Position numbers and translations under genes: made by a program
NCBI GenBank assembly: GCA_033763455.1
Contig: JANRKO010000006.1
Location: forward strand, 384,001-448,000
Source: Polyangiaceae bacterium
Lineage (GTDB): Bacteria > Myxococcota_A > Polyangia > Polyangiales > Polyangiaceae
Reading direction: 5' to 3'
Length of the DNA: 64,000 bases
Notes under the pieces: model-generated
The model's input: only the letters and a program-made list of their open reading frames with translations
Told to the model about the DNA's origin: nothing
Databases searched by the model: none
In this document: positions 9,628 to 19,009 of the stretch, one piece after another
Position numbering within the stretch: position 1 is the stretch's first letter
How the letters are laid out: each line of letters begins with the position of its first letter

Positions 9628-11238
9628 ATGGTTTCTTTTAAGAATCTAGTTCCAGTTACGTTCTTATTGGCTGTTGGAGTCGCCGGGTGTGGCGGCGACC
9701 GCTCGAAGGAGCAACCTGCAAACATCATTGCGTCCCTGGCGCTCAGCGATCACGCCGTGTTCATTGACCAAGCCAATGATCGGGCGTTCCTTCTGGATGT
9801 GGGGGCAAGCCCAAACCCGAGCTCCAAAGTATTGGGGTTGCCCAAGCGCCCGCTCCTGGCGCAGCGACGCTTGAGCCCAACGGTGTTGGATCCAAACGCT
9901 ACTGATCCTGACGAGGTGCTGGTGTTGTCAGCAGGGGACGTAGATTCGAGCGAAATTGGGCCGAGTATTGCGGTGCTAAAAAAGGACCAAGTCGCCCGCA
10001 CTTATCCCTTGCCCGCGCCTTTCGATTCGATCGTGCAGTCGCCCGATGGGCGTTACGTAGTGGCCAAATTTGGGCAGGATAATTCGCCCAATCGGCTGTT
10101 GTTCAATCGCAATGAGACGGCGATCATTGATCTTACGCAACCCCCAGAAGAAGGGAAAAATCCTGTAGACCGCACCATTCGCGGGTTTGGCGACCCTCCG
10201 AAACGCATTCTTTTTTCGCCGCCCATGACAATTAACGGAGAAGCCAGGCAGCTGGCGTTGGTGCTGTTCAAGCAGGTTGTGGCGATCTTGGATCTCAACC
10301 ACCTCGATCGCCCTGAGTTTACCATCGAATTGGGGGCCAATGCTCCGGACGCCCCAGCCATTGATTTGGAGCAGGTGCTCTTCGACACCAACGAAAACAA
10401 GATTTACCTCCGCGGTACCGCGTCCACGGACATCTACGTTGTTCAGTTGGCAGCGCGTGACGCGGTCGTGGACGCCTCCAAGAATGATTTCGTGCCGTCC
10501 CTGAATCAATTGGGTGGCGGCGCTCAGCTCAAAGATATGGCGCTCTACGGAGCCGAAGCTGACCGCAGGCTGCTGGTGGCCGCCGGTGGGAACGCGCTTG
10601 TAATCGATGCAGATTCCAATCGTGTTACCACGGTGCCATTGCCCGCGGCGGCGACGAACATGTTGGTTTTTCGGGGGAGATCGCCCCAGGTAGACACCGT
10701 GGACACACGAGCACTGCTTTATTCAGAGGGAAGCTCGGACGTCGTCTTCCTGGATCTTGGGCAGATCGAAGATCGAAAAGCGCGCAACGCTGAACGGCTC
10801 AAGGTGAGTCCGTACGAAAAGGTGATCCCCCTGGGCAAGGCTCTTGGCGGCACCGATACGGATAACCTGGTGATGTTGCTCCACAGTGGAACTCTGGGGG
10901 CGAGCATTCTCAATCTGGATTTGCGCACAGTTTCGCGTATATCCACGCAGGTTGATCTGGAGGGAGGGCTGCCGGATCCATTCTTGAATCGAGTTTGGGT
11001 TGCGCCAAGGTCGCAAGATAAGCTCGGGTTTGTGGAGCTTGATCCCAATAAGATTCAGCCAACGGAGGTTCGGCTAGACTATCCCGTGTCGGATTTGCTG
11101 TTGTTTACGCAAGGTACACAAAAGCGTGTGCTGGTAACTCATCCCAGTAGCATTGGCCGCGCAACGTTGCTGGAGGCCAATGCTCTTAGGGACGTAAAAC
11201 AGGCTATTGTGCTCGAAGGCTACCTTCTGGGGGAATGA
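9628..11238 (+). CDS. Second beta-propeller-like lipoprotein
   Basis: AAGGAG RBS, lipobox VAGC, SPDGRYVV blade, beta-rich. Confidence 0.7.
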   Translation: MVSFKNLVPVTFLLAVGVAGCGGDRSKEQPANIIASLALSDHAVFIDQANDRAFLLDVGASPNPSSKVLGLPKRPLLAQRRLSPTVLDPNATDPDEVLVLSAGDVDSSEIGPSIAVLKKDQVARTYPLPAPFDSIVQSPDGRYVVAKFGQDNSPNRLLFNRNETAIIDLTQPPEEGKNPVDRTIRGFGDPPKRILFSPPMTINGEARQLALVLFKQVVAILDLNHLDRPEFTIELGANAPDAPAIDLEQVLFDTNENKIYLRGTASTDIYVVQLAARDAVVDASKNDFVPSLNQLGGGAQLKDMALYGAEADRRLLVAAGGNALVIDADSNRVTTVPLPAAATNMLVFRGRSPQVDTVDTRALLYSEGSSDVVFLDLGQIEDRKARNAERLKVSPYEKVIPLGKALGGTDTDNLVMLLHSGTLGASILNLDLRTVSRISTQVDLEGGLPDPFLNRVWVAPRSQDKLGFVELDPNKIQPTEVRLDYPVSDLLLFTQGTQKRVLVTHPSSIGRATLLEANALRDVKQAIVLEGYLLGE

Positions 11239-11250
11239 GTGGAAAACGTC

Positions 11251-12354
11251 ATGAAGAAACTTGCCATTGCTAGTTGGTTCTCGGTTGCCACGTCTGTAGC
11301 TCATTGTGCGTCCGCTCAAACCGCGAAACCCGCGGCACCGGAGAGCCCCAAGGCCGAGGTGCCTAAGGCGGCCGCTCCCAAAGCTCAAGTAGCGCCCACG
11401 CCCCCTCCACCTGCGCCCGTGGTAGAAACACCGGCTCCACCCGGGCCTCAGGCAGAAACGCCCACGCCATCAACACCCTCGGGAACAACGCCCGAGTCGG
11501 CGGCGCTAGTCGGTTCTGAAGGCTCTGGAGGAACCCCAGATGCTCCCTCCCCAGCAAGCGACTTCCCTCCTGTGCTCAATCCAGTAGACGGCGCACCTGA
11601 AGCAAGGCCGTCCGAGGTCTCACGTCCAACCGTGAGTGCTCCCCGTGTGATCGCAATCCATGAGGCTACTCCGGCAGCCGTTACGCCCAACGACGGCAGC
11701 TCGCGTAAGAGTCGCCCCCTATCTACGGTATTCAATGGTTCACTTCGAACCTATTTCGATGTGAACGGTGTTTGGAACCTAGATGACAGTTATCAGTTGT
11801 TTGACAATTCAGATGTTAACTGGAGATTCGGCGTCAGTGCGGGGTACGACCTGCTGAAGTTTGGGACCGGCTGGGTGCTCTCGCCTGAGCTTGGTTGGTC
11901 GCACGAGGGTGCGACGGGTGGGCCAAATTCTCCTCAGCTTTCGCAGAAGGAAATCACCGGAGATCATTTCTTTTCAGCCATTAGGGGCCGCTATTCCTTG
12001 GTTTCCTGGCTAGAAAGTTTTGGTCGGCTTCAGGGGGGCCTTGCCTGGACGCGTGTGGACTTGGCTGCATCAACCGCCCAAGCCGACAATTTTTCAATCG
12101 ACGACAAGGCCCCAGAATTTCAGCTGGGCGCGGGCCTGCAGGCCCGCACCCCTGATTCGGATGGAGCCCCTCCCGGGGAAAGTCTGTCGCTCGGCATGAT
12201 GGTTGAAGGAGGGTACCAGCTGGCACCGGCTTTGGCGCTCAAGCTGGAGCGTGATCCGTCTGCAGGTCAACGGTTCACAGTACTAACTTCCGATCTGGGA
12301 GAACTTTCACGTAGTGGCCCTTTCATCCGCTTCGGGGCGTTTGCGCGTTTCTAG
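11251..12354 (+). CDS. Outer-membrane beta-barrel protein with Pro-rich N-terminal linker
   Basis: Sec signal, about 130-aa Pro/Ala/Ser linker, alternating beta-strands, C-terminal GAFARF (BAM-type signal). Confidence 0.7.
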   Translation: MKKLAIASWFSVATSVAHCASAQTAKPAAPESPKAEVPKAAAPKAQVAPTPPPPAPVVETPAPPGPQAETPTPSTPSGTTPESAALVGSEGSGGTPDAPSPASDFPPVLNPVDGAPEARPSEVSRPTVSAPRVIAIHEATPAAVTPNDGSSRKSRPLSTVFNGSLRTYFDVNGVWNLDDSYQLFDNSDVNWRFGVSAGYDLLKFGTGWVLSPELGWSHEGATGGPNSPQLSQKEITGDHFFSAIRGRYSLVSWLESFGRLQGGLAWTRVDLAASTAQADNFSIDDKAPEFQLGAGLQARTPDSDGAPPGESLSLGMMVEGGYQLAPALALKLERDPSAGQRFTVLTSDLGELSRSGPFIRFGAFARF

Positions 12355-12378
12355 GAAGTTCTTGGAAACGCGCTCGGG

Positions 12379-14124
12379 TCACACGGTGTCCCAAGCGTAG
12401 CCTTCTCGCTCAAACGCGAAATCCGCCAGGCCTTTCACCAGCTCGTCTTCGTTCTTGTCGATTTCGATCAGGTTTACGTCGATGCGGCGCTGAGCCTGGC
12501 CTGCAAATGCCTTGGCGATGTCGATCTCCCGGCTCACCACGCTTTCGCCTTCGGCCGTAATGCGTGCGGTTACCCGGCTCAGGACGCAGCCGAGCGCAAA
12601 TAGATCGATCATGATGTCGGCCAGGCGCCTGGTTGCGAACTGTTTCTCGATGATAAGCTTCCCGTGCCGGCGCAGAAGACGGTCGGCGGCTGTGGCCAAA
12701 TCGCGCGTCTTATCCTCGAAAATTCCGGCTTGGGCCTTGAGTGCGGGGTGCACTTTGGTGAGACGGCTTTTCTCGCGCGGCACACCGGTGGCCAGCGCTG
12801 CGCGGCGGAGGGCGTAGTCGCGCACGACACCGAAACCCTTGATGGGATCATCGAATACGCCTTTGAGCGAGCGCGAAAGCTCTTTCAATTCGGCGCCCAC
12901 ATCGTTCATCGCGGAAAGCGCGATGAAGAGCCGCAAGATTTCGTTGGTGCCTTCAAAGATGCGATTAATCCGACAATCCCGCACGAGGCGTTCATAGGGA
13001 AATTCGCACATGTAGCCGTTGCCCGCGGCGATCTGTAGAGCTTCGTCAGCGGAGCGCCAGAGGCACTCGCTAGCTAGCACCTTACTTATGGCCGCTTCAA
13101 TTGCGTAGTCTTCAACCTTTTGATCAACCAAGCCTGCAACCATGGAAACGACCGATTCGGTTGCGTAACAGTCGATTACCATTTGGCCGACCTTCTGTTT
13201 GATTAAACCGTATTCACTGATGGGTTTGCCAAACTGCACCCGTTCGGTGGCTTGTTTACTCGCGAGCGCGATCAGGCGCTTCATGCCGCCAACAGACCCG
13301 CCACCGAGGCCAGTGCGGCCGCTGTTCAGGATGTTCATGGCGACCTTAAAACCTTTGCCTTCTTCGCCCAGAAGGTTCGCTTTAGGGATGCGCACGTTGT
13401 CAAAATGCACCGTGGTGGTGGAGCTGGCGCGCAGCCCCATCTTATTCTCGTGAGGGCCCGTGGAGACTCCGGGCATGTCGCGGGTTACGATGAAGGCGCT
13501 AAGGTTTTTGCGTTCATCGGCGGCGCCAGTCTTGGCAAAAACGGTGAAAAAATCAGCAATTCCGCCGTTTGTGATCCAGATCTTTTCACCGTTTAAAATG
13601 TAATCATCGCCATCCTTTTCAGCTCGCGTACGAATTGATGCAGCGTCCGAGCCGGAGGTGGGCTCCGTGAGGCAAAAAGCCGCGATCATTTCGCCAGCGG
13701 CTAACTTGGGATAGTACCGCGCGCGCTGTTCTTCGTTGCCGAACAACAAAAGGCCGCGCATACCGATGGAGCTGTGAGCTCCCACTGTGACGGCTACGGA
13801 GGCATCGTACTTGGAGATTTGTTGAAGGGTGCGTGAATAGGCAGTGCTGCCGAAGCCCACACCTCCGTGTTCCTCCGGAATTACCAACCCAAACAAACCA
13901 AACTGTCGCAGTTCTTCCAAGAACTCATCGGGCAGGTGTGCCGCGCGGTCCCACTCCCCAAATTCCTTCGCCTTAGGTTTCAGCAAGGAGTCGATGGACT
14001 CGAGCACTGTTTGCAGTGTCTCCTGTTCCTTGGGATCCATCTTGGGGAATGGGAACAGAATGTCTTCTTCGATTTCGCCGACAGACAGCGAAACCATGAA
14101 GCTACTTTTGGGTCGTTCGGTCAC
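12379..14124 (-). CDS. Acyl-CoA dehydrogenase, VLCAD/ACAD9-like (with C-terminal extension)
   Basis: AFCLTEPTSGSDA, LNGEKIWITNG, KMGLRASST, RIFEGTNEI. GTG 14124 behind GAAGGAG. Confidence 0.92.
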   Translation of the reverse strand: MTERPKSSFMVSLSVGEIEEDILFPFPKMDPKEQETLQTVLESIDSLLKPKAKEFGEWDRAAHLPDEFLEELRQFGLFGLVIPEEHGGVGFGSTAYSRTLQQISKYDASVAVTVGAHSSIGMRGLLLFGNEEQRARYYPKLAAGEMIAAFCLTEPTSGSDAASIRTRAEKDGDDYILNGEKIWITNGGIADFFTVFAKTGAADERKNLSAFIVTRDMPGVSTGPHENKMGLRASSTTTVHFDNVRIPKANLLGEEGKGFKVAMNILNSGRTGLGGGSVGGMKRLIALASKQATERVQFGKPISEYGLIKQKVGQMVIDCYATESVVSMVAGLVDQKVEDYAIEAAISKVLASECLWRSADEALQIAAGNGYMCEFPYERLVRDCRINRIFEGTNEILRLFIALSAMNDVGAELKELSRSLKGVFDDPIKGFGVVRDYALRRAALATGVPREKSRLTKVHPALKAQAGIFEDKTRDLATAADRLLRRHGKLIIEKQFATRRLADIMIDLFALGCVLSRVTARITAEGESVVSREIDIAKAFAGQAQRRIDVNLIEIDKNEDELVKGLADFAFEREGYAWDTV

Positions 14125-14577
14125 GTGAGAGTCTCCTTCAGATTTCTCAGGATACGCTCTCGACCCCAGGGGTGCGCCAGCCCCTTCTAGCCGCAACGCA
14201 GGGACCCGTCGTTGGGTACCGAACTGGATGACCAGAGTGCCCCGCGCGAAGCGGAGCGAGTCGCCCATGAATAGGCTCAACGGCCGGAAGCTCGGTTCCT
14301 CGAGATGCCTCGACGAAAGGGATCCAAAACCAGGCCCAATCATTTGGGGCGACGTGTGGCGCGTCGCTCAGCCCGGCGAGATCAACGTGATACTCGCCGG
14401 GACCGAGCGGAGCGAGGCCCCCGGCCCGATTGACTGGTTGCTCCAAGCGTTAGCGTTTTTTCCGGCCGTCCGTCCATGGTCATTTGTTCGAGGTCCCCGA
14501 GGCCCGTTGACCCCGTTTAGTTCGGGGCCTTCCGACGGCGCTCGGGGTCGTGGATAGTGGAAGCTCGGGCTGCGCCA

Positions 14578-15660
14578 ATGAACCCCAGCGAACTCAAGCT
14601 TGTACCACTCACTTCCAAGGGGCACGTGTCCGTCGCCCGGCTCACGCAGTTCTGGTACCCGGTGTGCTTCGCACGGGAGCTCAAGAAGGGTCCGCTCGCG
14701 CGGCGGTTGTTCGGGACTCCGCTCGTGCTTTTTCGAGATGCGGCAGGCAAGCCAGCCACGCTTCTTGATCGGTGTCCTCACCGGAACGTGCCGCTTTCGC
14801 TCGGCCGGGTTGGAGAGCAAGGGCGCCTTACATGCCGTTACCACGGTTGGCAATTCGAAGGCAGTGGCGCGTGTGGTCTGGTCCCGGGACTCTTAGATCG
14901 TTCAGAAGCGAAAGCGCGCCGAGTCCCGAGCTTTGCCACCCTAGAGCAGGATGGCCTGATCTGGGTCTATGCAATGCCCGATCAAGAGCCCCGAACAAGC
15001 CCGTTTGCATTCCCGAGCTTCACGGAGGGTGGCTACGCCCACGTTCGGCGAGCCGTGGAAGCGGAAGGCACACTCCACGCAACCTTGGAGAACGCGCTAG
15101 ATGTTCCGCACACGGCGTTTCTGCATCGAGGTCTCTTCCGCGGAGGTGAGCCGCATAAAATCCTGGCCCACGTTCGGCGGACGCCCGAGCGCGTTGAGAT
15201 CGAATATTCAGGTGAACCAAAACCAACCGGGCTGGTCGCACAGCTGCTCTCCCCAAGCGGCGGAGTCGTCCAACACTGGGATCGCTTCATTCTCCCTTCG
15301 GTGGCTCAGGTGGAATATCGGCTGGGAACCGAAAATCACTTCTTGGTGACGGCGGTTGGCTCTCCGATCGACGATTTCCACACACGGCTTTTCGCTACAG
15401 CGAGCTTTCGAACTCGGGTGCCCGCGCGCCTGTTGCGCCCGATCCTGGAGCCGTTTGCGCTTCGAATTTTTGGGCAAGATGCTGCCATTTTGAAGGCGCA
15501 GTCCGCGGTGATTCGTGAATTCTCGGGTGAGCAATTTATGTCTACAGCTATTGACCTCATGGGGCCCCAAATGTGGAGGCTGATGCGCCAGGCCGAACGT
15601 GGGGAGCGGGCAGAGGTCGAGGATCAGGCCATCCTGCATCAGGTGGAGTTTCTCGCGTAG
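14578..15660 (+). CDS. Rieske non-heme iron oxygenase alpha subunit (VanA-like)
   Basis: CPH..CRYH Rieske motif, ENALDVPHTAFLH iron site, late QD ligand. Confidence 0.9.
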   Translation: MNPSELKLVPLTSKGHVSVARLTQFWYPVCFARELKKGPLARRLFGTPLVLFRDAAGKPATLLDRCPHRNVPLSLGRVGEQGRLTCRYHGWQFEGSGACGLVPGLLDRSEAKARRVPSFATLEQDGLIWVYAMPDQEPRTSPFAFPSFTEGGYAHVRRAVEAEGTLHATLENALDVPHTAFLHRGLFRGGEPHKILAHVRRTPERVEIEYSGEPKPTGLVAQLLSPSGGVVQHWDRFILPSVAQVEYRLGTENHFLVTAVGSPIDDFHTRLFATASFRTRVPARLLRPILEPFALRIFGQDAAILKAQSAVIREFSGEQFMSTAIDLMGPQMWRLMRQAERGERAEVEDQAILHQVEFLA

Positions 15661-15696
15661 TGCACTTTAGGCGCCTTGTGGTAAGGCCCCTTCGAC

Positions 15697-16224
15697 ATGG
15701 ATGTTTCAAGCTCTGCTGATGCGGTACGAAGTCGATGGATCATCTGGAGCCTCACGGCCATCGTATTTGTCGGCGTCGCCGCCGTCATGTTTGGGCGCCC
15801 TCCATCCATTGAGCGCTCTGTGCCAACGTCGCTTGCCACGCTCAATGCGTGCCTCAACGGAATGGCAACTATCTGCTTGTGCGTCGGCTTCTGGTGCATT
15901 CGCCAAAAACGCATCGCCGCTCATCGGGCTTGCATGCTCGCCGCGTTCTTGATTTCCTGCATGTTTCTCGTAACGTACCTATTGCATCACGCCCAGGTGG
16001 GGTCGGTTCGTTATCAAGGGGTTGGATGGGTGCGGGCAATCTACTTTGGGCTCTTGATACCGCATGTGGTTCTTGCAGGGCCCGTCGTGCCGCTCGCGCT
16101 TTTCACGCTTTATCGCGGCTGGACCCAGCGAATCGCCGCCCACCGCGCCATTGCGCGCATCACCCTGCCCATTTGGCTGTTTGTGTCGGCGAGCGGGGTC
16201 GTGATTTACTTCATGTTGTACTGA
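15697..16224 (+). CDS. DUF420 family membrane protein
   Basis: LNACLN..AHRACML..FLVTYLLHH..HRAIAR..PIWLFVSASGV; 4-5 TM helices. Confidence 0.85.
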   Translation: MDVSSSADAVRSRWIIWSLTAIVFVGVAAVMFGRPPSIERSVPTSLATLNACLNGMATICLCVGFWCIRQKRIAAHRACMLAAFLISCMFLVTYLLHHAQVGSVRYQGVGWVRAIYFGLLIPHVVLAGPVVPLALFTLYRGWTQRIAAHRAIARITLPIWLFVSASGVVIYFMLY

Positions 16225-16256
16225 AGTTGGGCTTGAGAACGGAGTCGGAGTTAGGC

Positions 16257-16706
16257 GTGCGTGCCGTCGTTCAGCGAGTGCTTTCAGCCAAGGTTACGGT
16301 TGCCACCGAAACGGTGGGCGAAATCGGGGCGGGGCTCTGTGTGTTGGTGGGGGTCGCCGCAGGTGACACACAGCGCGATGCCGAGCAGTTGGCGCTGAAG
16401 GTGGCCAACCTGCGCATTTTCGAGGATGAGTCCGGGAAAATGAACCTTTCCGCGCGTCAGCTTGGGCACCAACTTCTGGCTGTATCCCAGTTTACTTTGT
16501 TGGGGGACACCCGGCGTGGCAATCGACCCGGTTTTTCTGAGGCGATGGAGCCCGGCCAGGCCAAAGAGCTATTCGGCGCGTTCTGCGAGGGGTGCCGAAA
16601 GGTGGGGCTCGCTGTGGAAACGGGGCGTTTTCAGGCGCACATGCAGGTAGCACTCGTTAACGACGGCCCTGTCACTCTCTTGGTGGACACCCAGCGCGTG
16701 TTTTGA
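16257..16706 (+). CDS. dtd: D-aminoacyl-tRNA deacylase
   Basis: GTG start, MRAVVQRV..LRIFEDESGKMN..SQFTL..GNRPGF..NDGPVT. Confidence 0.95.
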   Translation: MRAVVQRVLSAKVTVATETVGEIGAGLCVLVGVAAGDTQRDAEQLALKVANLRIFEDESGKMNLSARQLGHQLLAVSQFTLLGDTRRGNRPGFSEAMEPGQAKELFGAFCEGCRKVGLAVETGRFQAHMQVALVNDGPVTLLVDTQRVF

Positions 16707-16724
16707 TTTACACAGGAACAGCGC

Positions 16725-17033
16725 ATGCCCCGAATCGTTTTTATTGCGACTCGCATCGGTCACGAGAAGACCGTAGAAACCGACGGTGGCGAATTGCTGG
16801 ATATCTGCGATCAGTACCTCGCACCTATCCCGTTCTCTTGCCGCTCAGCTAGCTGTGGCACCTGCCACATCCATGTCACCGAAGGTCAAGATTTGCTGGA
16901 ACCCCCCGAAGCGGCGGAAAGCGAACTCCTCGAGCTTTTGGGTAATCTGCCGAACCATCGTTTAGCGTGCCAAGCGCGTGTAAAAGACGAACCCGGTACG
17001 ATCGTAATCCGGCCCGTGTTGGGTACGATCTAG
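16725..17033 (+). CDS. 2Fe-2S ferredoxin
   Basis: CRSASCGTC..RLAC. Confidence 0.9.
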   Translation: MPRIVFIATRIGHEKTVETDGGELLDICDQYLAPIPFSCRSASCGTCHIHVTEGQDLLEPPEAAESELLELLGNLPNHRLACQARVKDEPGTIVIRPVLGTI

Positions 17034-17101
17034 TATCTTTCGAGCGTGCCGCGAGGGTGCAACAGGGGAGGTTGCCGCGCTTGGGGCCTCGTCGTCTCGT
17101 C

Positions 17102-19000
17102 TTATCGATAACGAATAGGCGAAGTTGCCGCGCTTGGTGGTTCATCGTCGCCAATGGAAGCGTTTTGGGCGTCGGTGAGGCCGTAGCCGAGGCTGCCGTT
17201 GAGGTTCACGCCCCAGCAGCGAATGTCGCCGTTCTCAAGCAACGCACAGGTGTGAATGCTGCCGGCAGCAATTCGAACCGCAAGGCCGCCGAGCGGCACA
17301 TCGCCGGCCGAGGGCGGCGCGTTGGAGGTGATGGCTGCGTTGCCGTAGCCCAAGTAACCGCGATCGTTGAGACCCCAGCAGCGCACCTTACCGTCGACCA
17401 AGAGCGCGCACGTGTGAAAACGGCCCGCAGCGAGCTGCTTTGTGGGCACGCCCACTTGCACAGGACCCGCTGTGAGGAGCGGAAAATCCGTAGATGTGCC
17501 CAGCGCGGTGATGCCGTTCACCGGGTCCGGATTGTACCCCAGTTGCCCGAACTGGTTGGAACCCCAACAGTACACCTGACCATCCATGCCATTGCCCTTG
17601 AGAAGCGCGCAGGTGTGGGCCTCGCCTTCGACGACTTGGGCCACTGTGGCACCACCGAGATCCACATTCGCAATGGCCGAAGGATCGGGCATGGCCGTGG
17701 TGCTCAACTGCCCCAATTGACCGCCGGTGTTTTCGCCCCAGCAGCGTAGCCCATCACCGAGCACAATGGCGCAGTTGTGCGTGGGCCCTGCACTCAATGA
17801 GAGCACCGGGCTGCCAATGGGAACCACTGTGGGCAGGGGGCCGTATTGCAGGCGTTGCTCATTCGAGCCGCGGTTAACACCCCAGCAATTGACGGAAGTG
17901 GCGCGCCTTACGCAGGTGTGGGTTCCTCCAGCAACGATCTGCTCGGAGGGGCCGCTAAAATTGACTACATAGCCTTGAAGCGGGATCTCGTTATCGCCAA
18001 TGTGTTCATAGTTACCGGTGCCGAGTTGACCGGAGTGGTTGGCACCCCAACAAATCACGTTTCCCCCAACCAGCCGCGCGCACGTGTGTAAGGTGCCCGC
18101 AGCTAGTTCCAGGGCAGGCGCGGGCAACTTGACGTCGCCGCCGCAGCCCGCGGGTTCATCGTCACCCAGACTGTTTTCGTTGCCGTAACCCAGGACTCCA
18201 AAACCACCATCTCCCCAGCAGCGCACCTGCCCTGTTTCCAGAAGCACGCAGGTGTGACCACCCCCAACGACAATATCTTTGGCCTTTCCCGCGGTAATTG
18301 GCTCGCAATTGGCCGCCAGCGGGGGCAGCGGAATGAGCCCGGCGGGCGGTTTCTCAAAGAGCCAGCGTTCTGGTTGGCAGACGTTGTTGGCGTTGCAGGT
18401 AAAACCCGCGGTGCAGTCGCGGGTGACATTGCACTGGCGACGGCATACGGCGCCGAGGCACACCAGCGGCGAGGCGCAGTCAGAATTGTAGCTGCAGGTT
18501 GCGCCTTCTGGTCCCTTTGGCAACGCGCCATCTGTAAGCTCGCTCTCATCAGCGCACGAGCCCGATGCGCAAACCTGGCCGGGTGCGCAGTCCCTCTCGG
18601 TCTGGCAAGCATTGCGGCAGAGCCCATCGCTAGCACAAACAAGCGGGTGTGCGCATTGGCTGTTGAAGGTGCACGCGGCCTCGTCCGGAAGCTGACAGAC
18701 GCGCAAAGGTGCTTCAGGGGCCACGACGCAGCGCGCGCCAGCTTTGCAATCCTTGCTGTCTACACATTGCTCATGGCAGCGCTCGAAGGCGCAGGCCAAC
18801 GGTGAACGACAGTCGGAGTTCAGCGTGCACCCACCAGTTAACTCCTGAGCTACCTTTTGGGCGGCTTGATCATCGCCGCATGCGCCTGGTCCCAACAGCA
18901 GGGACAAAAGGGCAAACAACGCGTAAGTTGCGCGCGGAGCGACGCGCCGAGCGCGGCTCCGGCCAAGCTCATTCAGGTTTGCGAAGGGAAGCACGACCAA
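17102..19000 (-). CDS. Lipoprotein with N-terminal Cys-rich repeats and C-terminal RCC1/BLIP-II propeller
   Basis: Lipobox GPGAC, Cx3(S/R)DC repeats, 7 repeats of G..HTC.LL..G.V.CWG. True start may lie slightly downstream. Confidence 0.85.
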   Translation of the reverse strand: MVVLPFANLNELGRSRARRVAPRATYALFALLSLLLGPGACGDDQAAQKVAQELTGGCTLNSDCRSPLACAFERCHEQCVDSKDCKAGARCVVAPEAPLRVCQLPDEAACTFNSQCAHPLVCASDGLCRNACQTERDCAPGQVCASGSCADESELTDGALPKGPEGATCSYNSDCASPLVCLGAVCRRQCNVTRDCTAGFTCNANNVCQPERWLFEKPPAGLIPLPPLAANCEPITAGKAKDIVVGGGHTCVLLETGQVRCWGDGGFGVLGYGNENSLGDDEPAGCGGDVKLPAPALELAAGTLHTCARLVGGNVICWGANHSGQLGTGNYEHIGDNEIPLQGYVVNFSGPSEQIVAGGTHTCVRRATSVNCWGVNRGSNEQRLQYGPLPTVVPIGSPVLSLSAGPTHNCAIVLGDGLRCWGENTGGQLGQLSTTAMPDPSAIANVDLGGATVAQVVEGEAHTCALLKGNGMDGQVYCWGSNQFGQLGYNPDPVNGITALGTSTDFPLLTAGPVQVGVPTKQLAAGRFHTCALLVDGKVRCWGLNDRGYLGYGNAAITSNAPPSAGDVPLGGLAVRIAAGSIHTCALLENGDIRCWGVNLNGSLGYGLTDAQNASIGDDEPPSAATSPIRYR

Positions 19001-19009
19001 GAACTCGCC

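Noticed and set aside
15849..16256. N-terminal extension of dtd in the 285-aa ORF
   Set aside because: Overlaps DUF420 in another frame; Dtd homology starts at GTG 16257.
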